Of a DNA stretch of 64,000 bases, positions 1-8,478 are shown piece after piece. Source of the stretch: Magnetospirillum sp. WYHS-4 (GTDB lineage: Bacteria; Pseudomonadota; Alphaproteobacteria; Rhodospirillales; GLO-3); assembly GCA_039908345.1 (NCBI GenBank), contig JAMOBD010000001.1, positions 129,712-193,711 on the forward strand, read 5' to 3'. The notes under the pieces are model-generated. The model was not told the DNA's origin. It saw nothing but the letters and a program-made list of their open reading frames with translations, and made no database searches. The position numbers were made by a program, and so were the translations under genes. How positions within the stretch are numbered: the first letter of the stretch is position 1; the number at the start of each line of letters is the position of its first letter.

Positions 1-1710
1 CGTTATGCCTTCCAGCCCATCGTGGATATCCATACCGGTGCCTGCTGGGGCTACGAGGCCCTGTTGCGGGGTAGCGACGCCCTGGGCTTTTCGGCGATTG
101 CCGATGTTTTCGAGAAGGCGTGGCAACTGGGCTGCCTGCACCGGCTGGACGTGGCGCTCCGCGCCAAGGCCTTCGCCGGCTTCGCCCGTATCGACCGCCT
201 GCCGGAGGCGAAGCTCTTCTTCAATCTGGAGCCACGGACCCTGGCGTCCCCCGACTACCAACCGAAGCGAACCTCCGGCCTGCTGGAGGTCTACGGCATT
301 CCCCCCGAAGCCCTGTGCCTGGAGCTCACGGAACGCCACGCCGCAACCGACTCGCAATCGGCGCGGGTCATCGATCTTTACCGGCGCCGGCGCTACAAGC
401 TGGCGCTGGACGATTTCGGCACCGGCTTTTCGGGGTTGAAGCTGCTTTATGACCGCCAGCCCGATTTCATCAAGATCGACCGTTATTTCATCTCGGACAT
501 CGGGCGTGACAACAAGCGCAAGCTGTTCGTGTCCTCCATCGTCAATCTGGCCCACGTCCTCGGCATCTCGGTGATCGCCGAGGGCGTGGAGACCGAAGCC
601 GAATTCCTGGCCTGCAAGCGCATCGGCTGCGATCTGATGCAGGGCTGGTTCGTGGGACGCGCGGTGGAGGACTTCACCGACCTCCGGTCGCGCTACGAGG
701 TGGTGGTCGAAACCAACCGTCGCGACCGCCGGGCCGAGAAATCGGACAAGGACATCGTCGCCGAGCAGATCCAGAGCATTCCGCCGCTCAGGGTCGACGA
801 GCCGCTGGCTGCCGTGTTCGATGCCTTTCGCAGCAACAAGGATCAATCCTTCTTTCCCGTGGTCGACCGCCATGGCCAACCGCTGGGCATCGTCCGCGAA
901 TCCGACCTGAAGAGCCTGGCCTATTCCCCCTTCGGGTACGATCTGGCCTCCAACCGCGGACTCAAGCGGTCGCTCCAGGATTTCGTGGTCAAATGCCCGG
1001 TCGCCGACGCCAAGGCGGAAGCCGAGCAAATCCTGGAGATCTTCGCCCTGGGCGAAAACCCGGAAGGCATCATCATCGTCGAAGGCTTTTCCTATGTCGG
1101 TTTCCTGTCGGCCGCCTCCCTGCTGCGGGTGGTCAACGCCAAGAACCTGGCCCAGGCACGCGACCAGAACCCCCTGTCCAAACTGCCCGGAAACGGCAGC
1201 ATCAACGATTACGTGGCGGCCGCGCTGGAAGCCCGGGACGCCTACCGGGCGCTGGTCTACTTCGACTTCAACAGCTTCAAGCCCTTCAACGACCATTACG
1301 GCTTCCGCCAGGGCGACCGGGCCATTTTGCTGTTCGCCGACTTGATGCGCAAGAAGCTGAGGCCGCTCGCCGATTTCATCGGCCATGTGGGAGGCGACGA
1401 CTTTTTCGCCGGCTTCCGCGACCAGGATTTCCCGGTGGTGCGGGAAGCCGTCCGCGACCTGCTCGCCACCTTCGGCAAGGACGTGGAAAGCTTCTACGAT
1501 CCCGAGGCCCTGGCGGCCGGCGGCATCGTCGCCAAGGACCGGGAAGGCGTGCTGCGGACCTTTGCCTTCCTGTCCTGCAGCGCCGCCGTGATCGAGGTCC
1601 GCGAGGGTCCCCTCATGGCCAGCGCCGACGACCTGATCGCCCTCTTCGCCCAGCTCAAGAAGGAAGCGAAGGCGAGCCCCTGCGGCCTGGCGGCGGCAGC
1701 CGCCGTCTAG
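1..1710 (+). CDS. c-di-GMP signalling protein: EAL phosphodiesterase, tandem CBS, GGDEF-like (GGDDF) domain; the 5' end lies outside the window
   Basis: Frame 1 is open from nt 1 (RYAFQPIVDIHTG..GYEALLRG). EAL-domain motifs EALLR, FNLE, ELTE, DDFGTG, KIDR, AEGVETE and QG are all present. CBS-like FFPVVDRHGQPLGIVRESDL follows. The C-terminus reads DFNSFKPFNDHYGFRQGD....GHVGGDDFF. Confidence 0.85.
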   Translation, partial: RYAFQPIVDIHTGACWGYEALLRGSDALGFSAIADVFEKAWQLGCLHRLDVALRAKAFAGFARIDRLPEAKLFFNLEPRTLASPDYQPKRTSGLLEVYGIPPEALCLELTERHAATDSQSARVIDLYRRRRYKLALDDFGTGFSGLKLLYDRQPDFIKIDRYFISDIGRDNKRKLFVSSIVNLAHVLGISVIAEGVETEAEFLACKRIGCDLMQGWFVGRAVEDFTDLRSRYEVVVETNRRDRRAEKSDKDIVAEQIQSIPPLRVDEPLAAVFDAFRSNKDQSFFPVVDRHGQPLGIVRESDLKSLAYSPFGYDLASNRGLKRSLQDFVVKCPVADAKAEAEQILEIFALGENPEGIIIVEGFSYVGFLSAASLLRVVNAKNLAQARDQNPLSKLPGNGSINDYVAAALEARDAYRALVYFDFNSFKPFNDHYGFRQGDRAILLFADLMRKKLRPLADFIGHVGGDDFFAGFRDQDFPVVREAVRDLLATFGKDVESFYDPEALAAGGIVAKDREGVLRTFAFLSCSAAVIEVREGPLMASADDLIALFAQLKKEAKASPCGLAAAAAV

Positions 1711-1781
1711 CGAGGTTGACGTGCCGGAAGGCGCGTGGTTTCCTGCCCACCTCAGGCGCCGGAAGGGTGGAATCGCGGGCA

Positions 1782-3137
1782 ATGTTGTTCAATTCCGTCG
1801 AATTCGTCATCCTGTTTCTGCCGCTTACCCTGCTGGCCTTCCATTTGGTCCCGATTCGCTGGCGGATGGCGGTGCTTTGCCTGGCCTCCCTGGTCTTCTA
1901 CGGCTGGGCGGACTGGATTCCCCTGGCTTTCATGGTCCTGTCGGTAGTCTGGGCCTATGGCTTCGCCTTCCTGTCGCAACGCTGGCGTAGCCCGTGGGTG
2001 CTGGGGGCGGCGGTCTTCTTTCCCCTTTGGGTGCTGTTCATGTTCCGCTACCTGGATTTCACCCTGACGGAAGTCGGGGCGGGACCGGAAACGCGGCAGA
2101 CCTTCTACTTCTTCCTGAACGTCGTTTTGCCGGCCGGCATCAGCTTCTTTTCGTTCCAGATCGCGTCCTATTCCTACGACGTCCACGACGGCAAGGATCG
2201 GCCGGAACGCAGCCTGCTGAAGCTGACCACCTATATCTCGGCCTATCCGCAGCTCATTGCCGGGCCGATCTTGCGTTTCGACGATCTGTCGAGCCAGCTC
2301 GACCGGCTGGGGCAGGTCAAGGACCTGGGGATCAATTGGCCGAAAGCCATCAAGTTCCTGTCCATCGGCCTGTTCATGAAGGTGGCGGTTTCGGATCTGG
2401 CGGCGGTGATGAGCGAACGCTTCGACCTCGCCACCAACCCGTCGTCGCTGGACGCCTTTATTTCGGTGCTGCTCTATTCCTTTCGCATCTACTACGACTT
2501 CTGGGCCTATTCGGTGATCGCCATCGGCCTGGGCGAAATGCTGGGGCTCAGGATTCCCATCAATTTCAACGAGCCCTATATCGCCCGCAGCCCTCGCGAT
2601 TTCTGGCGTCGCTGGCACCTGTCGCTGTCGACCTGGCTGCGCGATTACGTCTATCTTCGCCTGGGCGGCAACCGGAATTACGTCCGCAACATCGCCATCG
2701 TGTTCGCCGCCTGCGGCATCTGGCACGGGGCGGGGTGGAATTTCCTCGCCTGGGGGCTCTACCACGCTTTTTTCGTCATCCTGTACCACTACCTGCGGCC
2801 GTGGTGGGACCCCTTGCCCAAGGCTTTGCAGATCGCGGCCACCTTCCTGATCGTCACCCTGGGCTGGCCGCTGTTCTACCTGGATTTCGGCGCCTGGTTG
2901 CAACTGCTGGAGCGCATCTTCCTGGGCTTCGATTATTCCATGACCGCCTTCGGCCTGCGGCACCTGGCCTTTATCGCCGCGGTCGGGGGCTGGACCTTCC
3001 TGGTCCGCGAGGCGCGTTGGCTCTACAACGCGAAGCCCTGGCCGGTGGTGGATTGGCCGGTCGTCCATGCGGTCATGTTGTTCGGAGCGACGCTGTTCTT
3101 CGCCTGGAGCCGGACCTTCATCTATTTCCGATTCTGA
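1782..3137 (+). CDS. MBOAT-family membrane O-acyltransferase (AlgI/DltB-like)
   Basis: The ATG at 1782 starts MLFNSVEFVILFLPLTLL. The protein is polytopic and hydrophobic. It carries RDFWRRWHLSLSTWLRDYVYLRLGGNR and the conserved His in ACGIWHGAGWNF, typical of AlgI/DltB. Confidence 0.85.
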   Translation: MLFNSVEFVILFLPLTLLAFHLVPIRWRMAVLCLASLVFYGWADWIPLAFMVLSVVWAYGFAFLSQRWRSPWVLGAAVFFPLWVLFMFRYLDFTLTEVGAGPETRQTFYFFLNVVLPAGISFFSFQIASYSYDVHDGKDRPERSLLKLTTYISAYPQLIAGPILRFDDLSSQLDRLGQVKDLGINWPKAIKFLSIGLFMKVAVSDLAAVMSERFDLATNPSSLDAFISVLLYSFRIYYDFWAYSVIAIGLGEMLGLRIPINFNEPYIARSPRDFWRRWHLSLSTWLRDYVYLRLGGNRNYVRNIAIVFAACGIWHGAGWNFLAWGLYHAFFVILYHYLRPWWDPLPKALQIAATFLIVTLGWPLFYLDFGAWLQLLERIFLGFDYSMTAFGLRHLAFIAAVGGWTFLVREARWLYNAKPWPVVDWPVVHAVMLFGATLFFAWSRTFIYFRF

Positions 3138-4324
3138 CCGGCGACGGGACCCAGCAGGCCACGCTGGCGCATCTCGGCAATCAAGGCGTGGTAGTATTCG
3201 GCCTTGAAGTGCATGCGGTCGAGGGCCAGATGGGCACCCGGCATCAAGGGCCGGTGGTCGATGACGGAAATCCCCGGAACCATCGCCATGGCGCGATCCA
3301 CGATATCGTCGACCGGTCCCGGAACGTAGGGCCCGGACCGGTAGAGCGGGGGGATGTAGAATACCAGCCGCCGGCCGGCACCGGCGACGATGCCGTCCAT
3401 CTCCCGTAGCGCCTGGGCAATGTCGTCTTCGTCGCCGAACCGCAGGCGATCCCGTCTGTCGAGCGGACGGTAAGGCGTGGGCGGCACGCCAAGCAGGAAG
3501 GGCGCGTAGACCGTGGTGCCGTCCCGGTAGATGGCGTAGTCCAGGTAGGTGTGCAACTCGGGATGACGGCAGAAATCCCGCACCTCGAGAAGCCCGAGCT
3601 TCACCAGCACGGAGACCGGGATCATCTTGAAGATCGCCCATCGCCAGCCGGCCAGGGGCGTGGCCTCGTGGCGAATGGCGCGGGTGCAGGCTTCCATGTC
3701 GAGACGGACGAGCTGCCCGCCGCCGCCCAAGGCACCGGAAAGGACGCTCTGGTAGCTGAACAGCCCCTGGACCCAGCGCACCACCGCATCCAGGACCAAC
3801 AGGCCGTGCCGAACCTTCCCGACGGCGCCGGCATAGAGGCTGGACGCATGGAGGGTGACATCCAGCGGATTGGCGTCCTGGTAGGCTACGAACCGTCTTC
3901 CCCATTCGGTAGCCGGGGTAAAGACATGGACGATCACGGTTTCCGTCGGCAGTTTGCCGACGGATGCCAGGTAATAAAGGAGGTCGCGGAGTTCGAACAG
4001 ACTGGGCTTGATGAGGTAGAAGTAGTTGAAGAACTCGCCTTCATCGGGGCCGAGGAACGACGCCTCCCAGTTCTGGCCCTGGTGGCCGCCGAACAAACCG
4101 ACCTTGGGCGCCGGCATCTTCTCCGCGTAGCCGATCTTGATGGCGACATTCTGCTTCTGGCTGGCGCCCAGGGTCACGAAGACTTCGTTGGGTGCCAGGG
4201 TTTCCAGCGGGACCGCCTCGGAACCGCGAAAGCTGGCGCTGTTCCAGGCCGCCGCGACGGGAAGCAGCATCAGCAGGCCAAGCGTCATGCCGAACCGGGT
4301 CAGGTAGCCTCGGGGATGATGCAT
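3122..4324 (-). CDS. Secreted hypothetical protein, possible DltD/SGNH-like partner of the MBOAT enzyme
   Basis: 400-aa ORF with an N-terminal signal-like segment (MTLGLLMLLPVAAAW; alternative start at 4288). A Gly-Ala-Ser block (VFVTLGASQKQ) sits near the N-terminus and D-x-x-H (LDRMHFKAEYY) near the C-terminus, matching SGNH/DltD blocks I and V. The family call is inference only. Confidence 0.5.
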   Translation of the reverse strand: MHHPRGYLTRFGMTLGLLMLLPVAAAWNSASFRGSEAVPLETLAPNEVFVTLGASQKQNVAIKIGYAEKMPAPKVGLFGGHQGQNWEASFLGPDEGEFFNYFYLIKPSLFELRDLLYYLASVGKLPTETVIVHVFTPATEWGRRFVAYQDANPLDVTLHASSLYAGAVGKVRHGLLVLDAVVRWVQGLFSYQSVLSGALGGGGQLVRLDMEACTRAIRHEATPLAGWRWAIFKMIPVSVLVKLGLLEVRDFCRHPELHTYLDYAIYRDGTTVYAPFLLGVPPTPYRPLDRRDRLRFGDEDDIAQALREMDGIVAGAGRRLVFYIPPLYRSGPYVPGPVDDIVDRAMAMVPGISVIDHRPLMPGAHLALDRMHFKAEYYHALIAEMRQRGLLGPVAGQNRK

Positions 4325-4340
4325 CGCCCGGTGCCTTTCG

Positions 4341-4973
4341 TCAGAACTTGCGGGCCTTGATGAGGTCCGGGGTCATCAGGGACAGGCGGATATACTGGGC
4401 CAGGATATGCATCAGCGACTGGTGCACGTCTTCGATGACCCCGTAGTTGTCGGCCTCGGCATGCAGGTGGATATCGGCCAGATTTCCCGTCCGGCCACCG
4501 GAAAAGCCGGTAAAGGCGATTAGTTCCAGGCCGTTGGCCTTGGCCCATTCGGCGGCCTTGACCACGTTCTCCGAATCGCCCGAGGCGCTCACCGTCAGCA
4601 GCACGTCGCCCGCCCTCGCGCTGGTGCGGAGCTGGTAGACGAAAACCTCGCCGTAGGACAGATCGTTGGCGATCGCCGTCATCATGGGAATGTTCGCCGA
4701 CAGCGAATAGACGCGCGGCACCACGTCGGTATCGGTCTGGATCAGCTTGGCGTGGTCGCAGACGAAGGAGTTGGCGATGGCGGCCGAACCGCCGTTGCCG
4801 CAGACGAACAGGGTCGCGCCGCGCCGGTAGGCGGCATCCAGCAGGGCCGCCGTCGCCGCCAGCCTGTCCCGATCCACCGAAGCGGCGGCTTTGGCCACCC
4901 GGTCGAAATAGGCGTCGGCGTAGCGGGCGACCGAATCGAACTTGCTGTCGGGAAAGGTCATGGGCGGTCCCAA
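4341..4973 (-). CDS. SIS-domain sugar-phosphate isomerase (GmhA/phosphoheptose isomerase-like)
   Basis: LFVCGNGGSAAIANSFVCDHAK, VLLTVSASGDSENVVKAAEWAK and AFTGFSGG are typical of the GmhA/DiaA SIS family. Confidence 0.8.
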   Translation of the reverse strand: MGPPMTFPDSKFDSVARYADAYFDRVAKAAASVDRDRLAATAALLDAAYRRGATLFVCGNGGSAAIANSFVCDHAKLIQTDTDVVPRVYSLSANIPMMTAIANDLSYGEVFVYQLRTSARAGDVLLTVSASGDSENVVKAAEWAKANGLELIAFTGFSGGRTGNLADIHLHAEADNYGVIEDVHQSLMHILAQYIRLSLMTPDLIKARKF

Positions 4974-5107
4974 AAAGACGGTTGCGGTGCGGCGCGGGGA
5001 GTGTGGGACAGATCGTTCGACATTTCAACGACAAGAAGATTTCCCTTGAGGACGCACCGGGCATGGCCTAATCCGGAGCCAGGCCTTCGGGAGGGAGCTT
5101 TTCGGCC

Positions 5108-5722
5108 ATGGCCATCAAGTCCACCAACATCACCCAGGTCGAACACCGCATGACCCCGGAAGCCCGGTGGCGGGTGCACGGGCATCGGGGCGGCGTGCTG
5201 TGGTTCACGGGCCTGTCGGGATCGGGCAAGAGCACGCTCGCCTTCGAACTGGAACAGGCCCTGTTCGCCAAGGGATTCCAGGTCTACGTGCTGGACGGGG
5301 ACAACGTGCGCCACGGGTTGAACCGCGACCTTGGATTCTCGCCCGCCGACCGGACGGAAAACATCCGGCGCATCGGCGAGGTGGCGGCCCTGTTCGCCGA
5401 CGCCGGTCTGATCGTGCTGACCGCCTTCATCTCGCCTTATCGCAGCGACCGGGCGACGGCCCGCCAGGCGGCCCAGGGCGCCTTCCACGAGATCTATCTG
5501 GCCGCCGGTCTGGAGGCTTGCGAACGGCGCGACCCGAAGGGTCTCTACCGCAAGGCCCGGCAAGGCCAGATTCCCGAATTCACTGGCATCTCCGCCCCCT
5601 ACGAGGCGCCCGAGGCCCCGGAACTGGTCATCGATACCGGAATCCTGCCGGTCGCCGAAAGTCTGGACCGTCTCGTCGAGTACGTGCGGACCAACTTCTC
5701 CTTTCCGACGGAGTCGGCCTGA
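5108..5722 (+). CDS. cysC: Adenylyl-sulfate (APS) kinase
   Basis: P-loop WFTGLSGSGKSTLA, then LDGDNVRHGLNRDLGFSPADRTENIRRIGEVA and FISPYRSDR. These are near-canonical CysC motifs. Confidence 0.9.
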   Translation: MAIKSTNITQVEHRMTPEARWRVHGHRGGVLWFTGLSGSGKSTLAFELEQALFAKGFQVYVLDGDNVRHGLNRDLGFSPADRTENIRRIGEVAALFADAGLIVLTAFISPYRSDRATARQAAQGAFHEIYLAAGLEACERRDPKGLYRKARQGQIPEFTGISAPYEAPEAPELVIDTGILPVAESLDRLVEYVRTNFSFPTESA

Positions 5723-5765
5723 CATAGGATCGTTCCGGGACAAGCCGCAGAAGGGGCCAGGGTCC

Positions 5766-7082
5766 ATGACCGACGTTCGATTCCCGCGCCATCAGACCGT
5801 CGATCCGGGGGACTTCGCCCCCGGCCGCAACGATCCGCCCCGGAAATACGGACTGCCCGCCGACATCCGCTATTGCCGGTCCTGCGTGATTTCCAACCAG
5901 CGTCCGAATTCGGCCGTCGAATTCGCCCATAACAAGGACAGCCTGAAGACCACCATCGGCTTCGACGAGAGCGGCGAATGCGACGCCTGCCGGCTGGCCA
6001 AGCAGAAGAAGGAAATCGACTGGGCGGAACGCGACCGGCAACTGAAGGAGCTTTGCGACCGCTACCGCCGCACCGACGGGCGCTACGACTGCGTGGTTCC
6101 GGGATCGGGCGGCAAGGACAGCTTCTATGCCGCCCACCTGCTGAAATACAGGTACGGCATGCATCCGCTGACCGTGACCTGGGCCCCTCATGTTTATACG
6201 GAATGGGGCTGGAAAAACTTCCAGTCCTGGATCCACGCGGGCTTCGACAACTACCTGATGACCCCGGACGGCAGGACCCACCGTCTGCTGACCCGGCTGG
6301 CGGTGGAAAACCTCTTCCATCCCTTCCAGCCCTTCATCCTGGGCCAGAAGAACCTGGCGCCCAAGATGTCGGCGCTGTTCGATATTCCGCTGGTTTTCTT
6401 CGGCGAGAACGAGGCCGAATACGGCAACCCCATCGGCGACAGCGCTTCCGCCCAGCGGGATTGGACCTACTTCACCGCCGCCGACAAGTCGCGGATTTAT
6501 CTGGGCGGGACGTCCTTCGCCGACCTGATCGAACGCTTCGGCGTCCACGAATACGAGTTGCAGCCCTACCTGCCGGCCAATCCGGAAGACCTGAAGCGGG
6601 TGGGTACCCAGGTCCACTACCTGGGCTACTACGTCAAATGGCACCCCCAGGCGGCATACTATTACGCCGTCGAACACGGGGGCTTCATCCCCTCGCCGGA
6701 GCGCACCCCCGGCACCTATTCCAAATACAACTCCATCGACGACCGGATCGACGACTTCCACTACTACACCACCTTCATCAAATTCGGCATCGGCCGGGCC
6801 ACTTACGACGCCGCGCAGGAAACCCGCTCGGGCGACATCACGCGCGAGGAAGCCGTCGCCCTGGTCAAGCGCTACGACGGCGAATTCCCGGAACGCTTCG
6901 CCGACGAGATCTTCCGCTACCTGAGCCTGCCGCCCGAACAGTTCCCGGTGGCATCGACGATGTTCGAGCAGCCGATCATGGATCGCGACTATTTCATGCA
7001 GCTGGCCGACCGCTTCCGCTCGCCGCACGTCTGGAAGCGCGAGAACGGCCAATGGCTCTTGCGCCGGAAGGTCTGGGAGTGA
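5766..7082 (+). CDS. N-acetyl sugar amidotransferase (WbpG/PseA-type PP-loop enzyme)
   Basis: Cys clusters CRSCVISNQRPNS and GECDACR, and the PP-loop VVPGSGGKDSFY. It is directly followed by HisF/HisH paralogs, as in known acetamidino-sugar loci. Confidence 0.8.
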   Translation: MTDVRFPRHQTVDPGDFAPGRNDPPRKYGLPADIRYCRSCVISNQRPNSAVEFAHNKDSLKTTIGFDESGECDACRLAKQKKEIDWAERDRQLKELCDRYRRTDGRYDCVVPGSGGKDSFYAAHLLKYRYGMHPLTVTWAPHVYTEWGWKNFQSWIHAGFDNYLMTPDGRTHRLLTRLAVENLFHPFQPFILGQKNLAPKMSALFDIPLVFFGENEAEYGNPIGDSASAQRDWTYFTAADKSRIYLGGTSFADLIERFGVHEYELQPYLPANPEDLKRVGTQVHYLGYYVKWHPQAAYYYAVEHGGFIPSPERTPGTYSKYNSIDDRIDDFHYYTTFIKFGIGRATYDAAQETRSGDITREEAVALVKRYDGEFPERFADEIFRYLSLPPEQFPVASTMFEQPIMDRDYFMQLADRFRSPHVWKRENGQWLLRRKVWE

Positions 7083-7840
7083 TGTTGCGCCTGATCGCCC
7101 GGCTGGACATCAAGGGACCGCACCTCATCAAGCCCGTGCAGTTGGAAGGCGTGCGCAAGGTCGGCGACCCCCGCGAGTTCGCCCGGCGTTACTACGAACA
7201 GGGCGCCGACGAAATCCTGTACATGGACTTCGTGGCCAGCCTCTACGAGCGTGACGTGCTTTACGACATCGTGCGCCGCACCGCCGAGGAGGTCTTCATC
7301 CCCATCACGGTGGGCGGCGGCCTGCGCAGCCTGGACGAGGTGCGGGCCATGCTGCGGGCCGGGGCCGACAAGGTGGCGATCAACTCGGCCGCCACCCTGC
7401 GTCCCGACTTCGTCACCGAACTGTCCAGGACCTTCGGGTCGCAATGCGTGGTGTTGCAGATCGACGCGAAAAGCGACGGCCGGGGCGGCTGGGAGGCTTA
7501 CCGGGACGGCGGGCGCGAACATACGGGCTTCGACGCCGTGGCCTGGGCCCGGCGGGGCCAGGAGCTGGGGGCGGGCGAGATCTTGCTGACCGCCATCGAC
7601 CGGGAAGGCACCCGCAAGGGCTTCGACCTTTCGTTGACGCAAAAGATCGCCGCAGCGGTGACCATTCCGGTGATCGTGTCCGGCGGCATGGGCAGCTTCG
7701 ACCACCTGGCCGAAGCGGTCGACCGGGCGGGTGTCGATGCGGTCGCCATGGCCCATATGCTGCACTACGGGCAGACCACCGTCGGCGCGATCCGCGCCCA
7801 GGCCCTGGCACGGGGCTTTCGGGTAAGGGAAATCGCATGA
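7082..7840 (+). CDS. Imidazole-glycerol-phosphate-synthase cyclase-subunit paralog (HisF-like, glycan-locus type)
   Basis: MLRLIARLDIKGPHLIKPVQLEG..., ITVGGGLRS and VIVSGGMGS. The start overlaps the upstream stop (TGATG). An in-frame GTG at 7079 is an alternative start. Confidence 0.85.
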   Translation: MLRLIARLDIKGPHLIKPVQLEGVRKVGDPREFARRYYEQGADEILYMDFVASLYERDVLYDIVRRTAEEVFIPITVGGGLRSLDEVRAMLRAGADKVAINSAATLRPDFVTELSRTFGSQCVVLQIDAKSDGRGGWEAYRDGGREHTGFDAVAWARRGQELGAGEILLTAIDREGTRKGFDLSLTQKIAAAVTIPVIVSGGMGSFDHLAEAVDRAGVDAVAMAHMLHYGQTTVGAIRAQALARGFRVREIA

Positions 7841-8475
7841 ACAGGGTGGTGGTGGTCGATTACGGAGCGGGCAACCTGCTCAGCGTCTGCCGGGCCTTCC
7901 AGCATGTGGGGGCCCAGGTCGTCCTCGCCGACGGGCCGGCGGCCGTGGCCGTCGCCGACCGTCTCGTGGTTCCCGGGGTCGGGGCCTTCGGCGACTGCAT
8001 GGGGGGATTGCGGCGGCGCGGACTGGTGGAACCGATCCTGGAATTCTGCGGGCGCGATCGGCCCTTCCTCGGGATCTGCGTCGGCATGCAGATGATGTTC
8101 GAGGCCAGCGAGGAATTCGGCGAGCATCCGGGGCTGGGGCTGCTGCCCGGACGGGTGACGGCCATACCGGCGACCGGCGCCGACGGCCATCCCCACAAGA
8201 TTCCCCACATCGGCTGGAACCGCCTTCTGGTCCCCGAAGGAGGCGTCTGGACGGAGAGCATCCTGAAAGACCTCGCGCCCGGCGCCTGGGCCTATTTCGT
8301 CCACTCGTTCGCCGGAAATCCCGTCGATCCGACGCATCGGCTGGCCGACACCGACTACGACGGCCGGATATTCCCGGCCGCCGTGCGGCGCGGCGGCCTG
8401 TTCGGCACCCAGTTCCATCCCGAGAAAAGCGGCGCGGTCGGCTTGACCATTCTGCGCCGCTTTCTCGCGATGTAG
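7837..8475 (+). CDS. Glutamine amidotransferase subunit paralog (HisH-like)
   Basis: VVVVDYGAGNLLSV, nucleophile Cys in GICVGMQ, HIGWN and GTQFHPEKSG. ATGA overlap with the HisF-like stop. Confidence 0.85.
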   Translation: MNRVVVVDYGAGNLLSVCRAFQHVGAQVVLADGPAAVAVADRLVVPGVGAFGDCMGGLRRRGLVEPILEFCGRDRPFLGICVGMQMMFEASEEFGEHPGLGLLPGRVTAIPATGADGHPHKIPHIGWNRLLVPEGGVWTESILKDLAPGAWAYFVHSFAGNPVDPTHRLADTDYDGRIFPAAVRRGGLFGTQFHPEKSGAVGLTILRRFLAM

Positions 8476-8478
8476 ACC

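Noticed and set aside
1752-3905. 717-aa ORF on the minus strand, and many similar long ORFs such as 12752-14455 (+), 9878-11428 (+), 23894-25900 (+), 26383-28275 (-), 5628-7052 (-) and 57537-58613 (-)
   Set aside because: They lie antisense to, or out of frame with, genes that have clear family motifs. Their translations are Arg/Pro/Gly/Ala-rich with no recognisable motifs. This is the usual shadow-ORF artefact of stop-codon-poor high-GC DNA.
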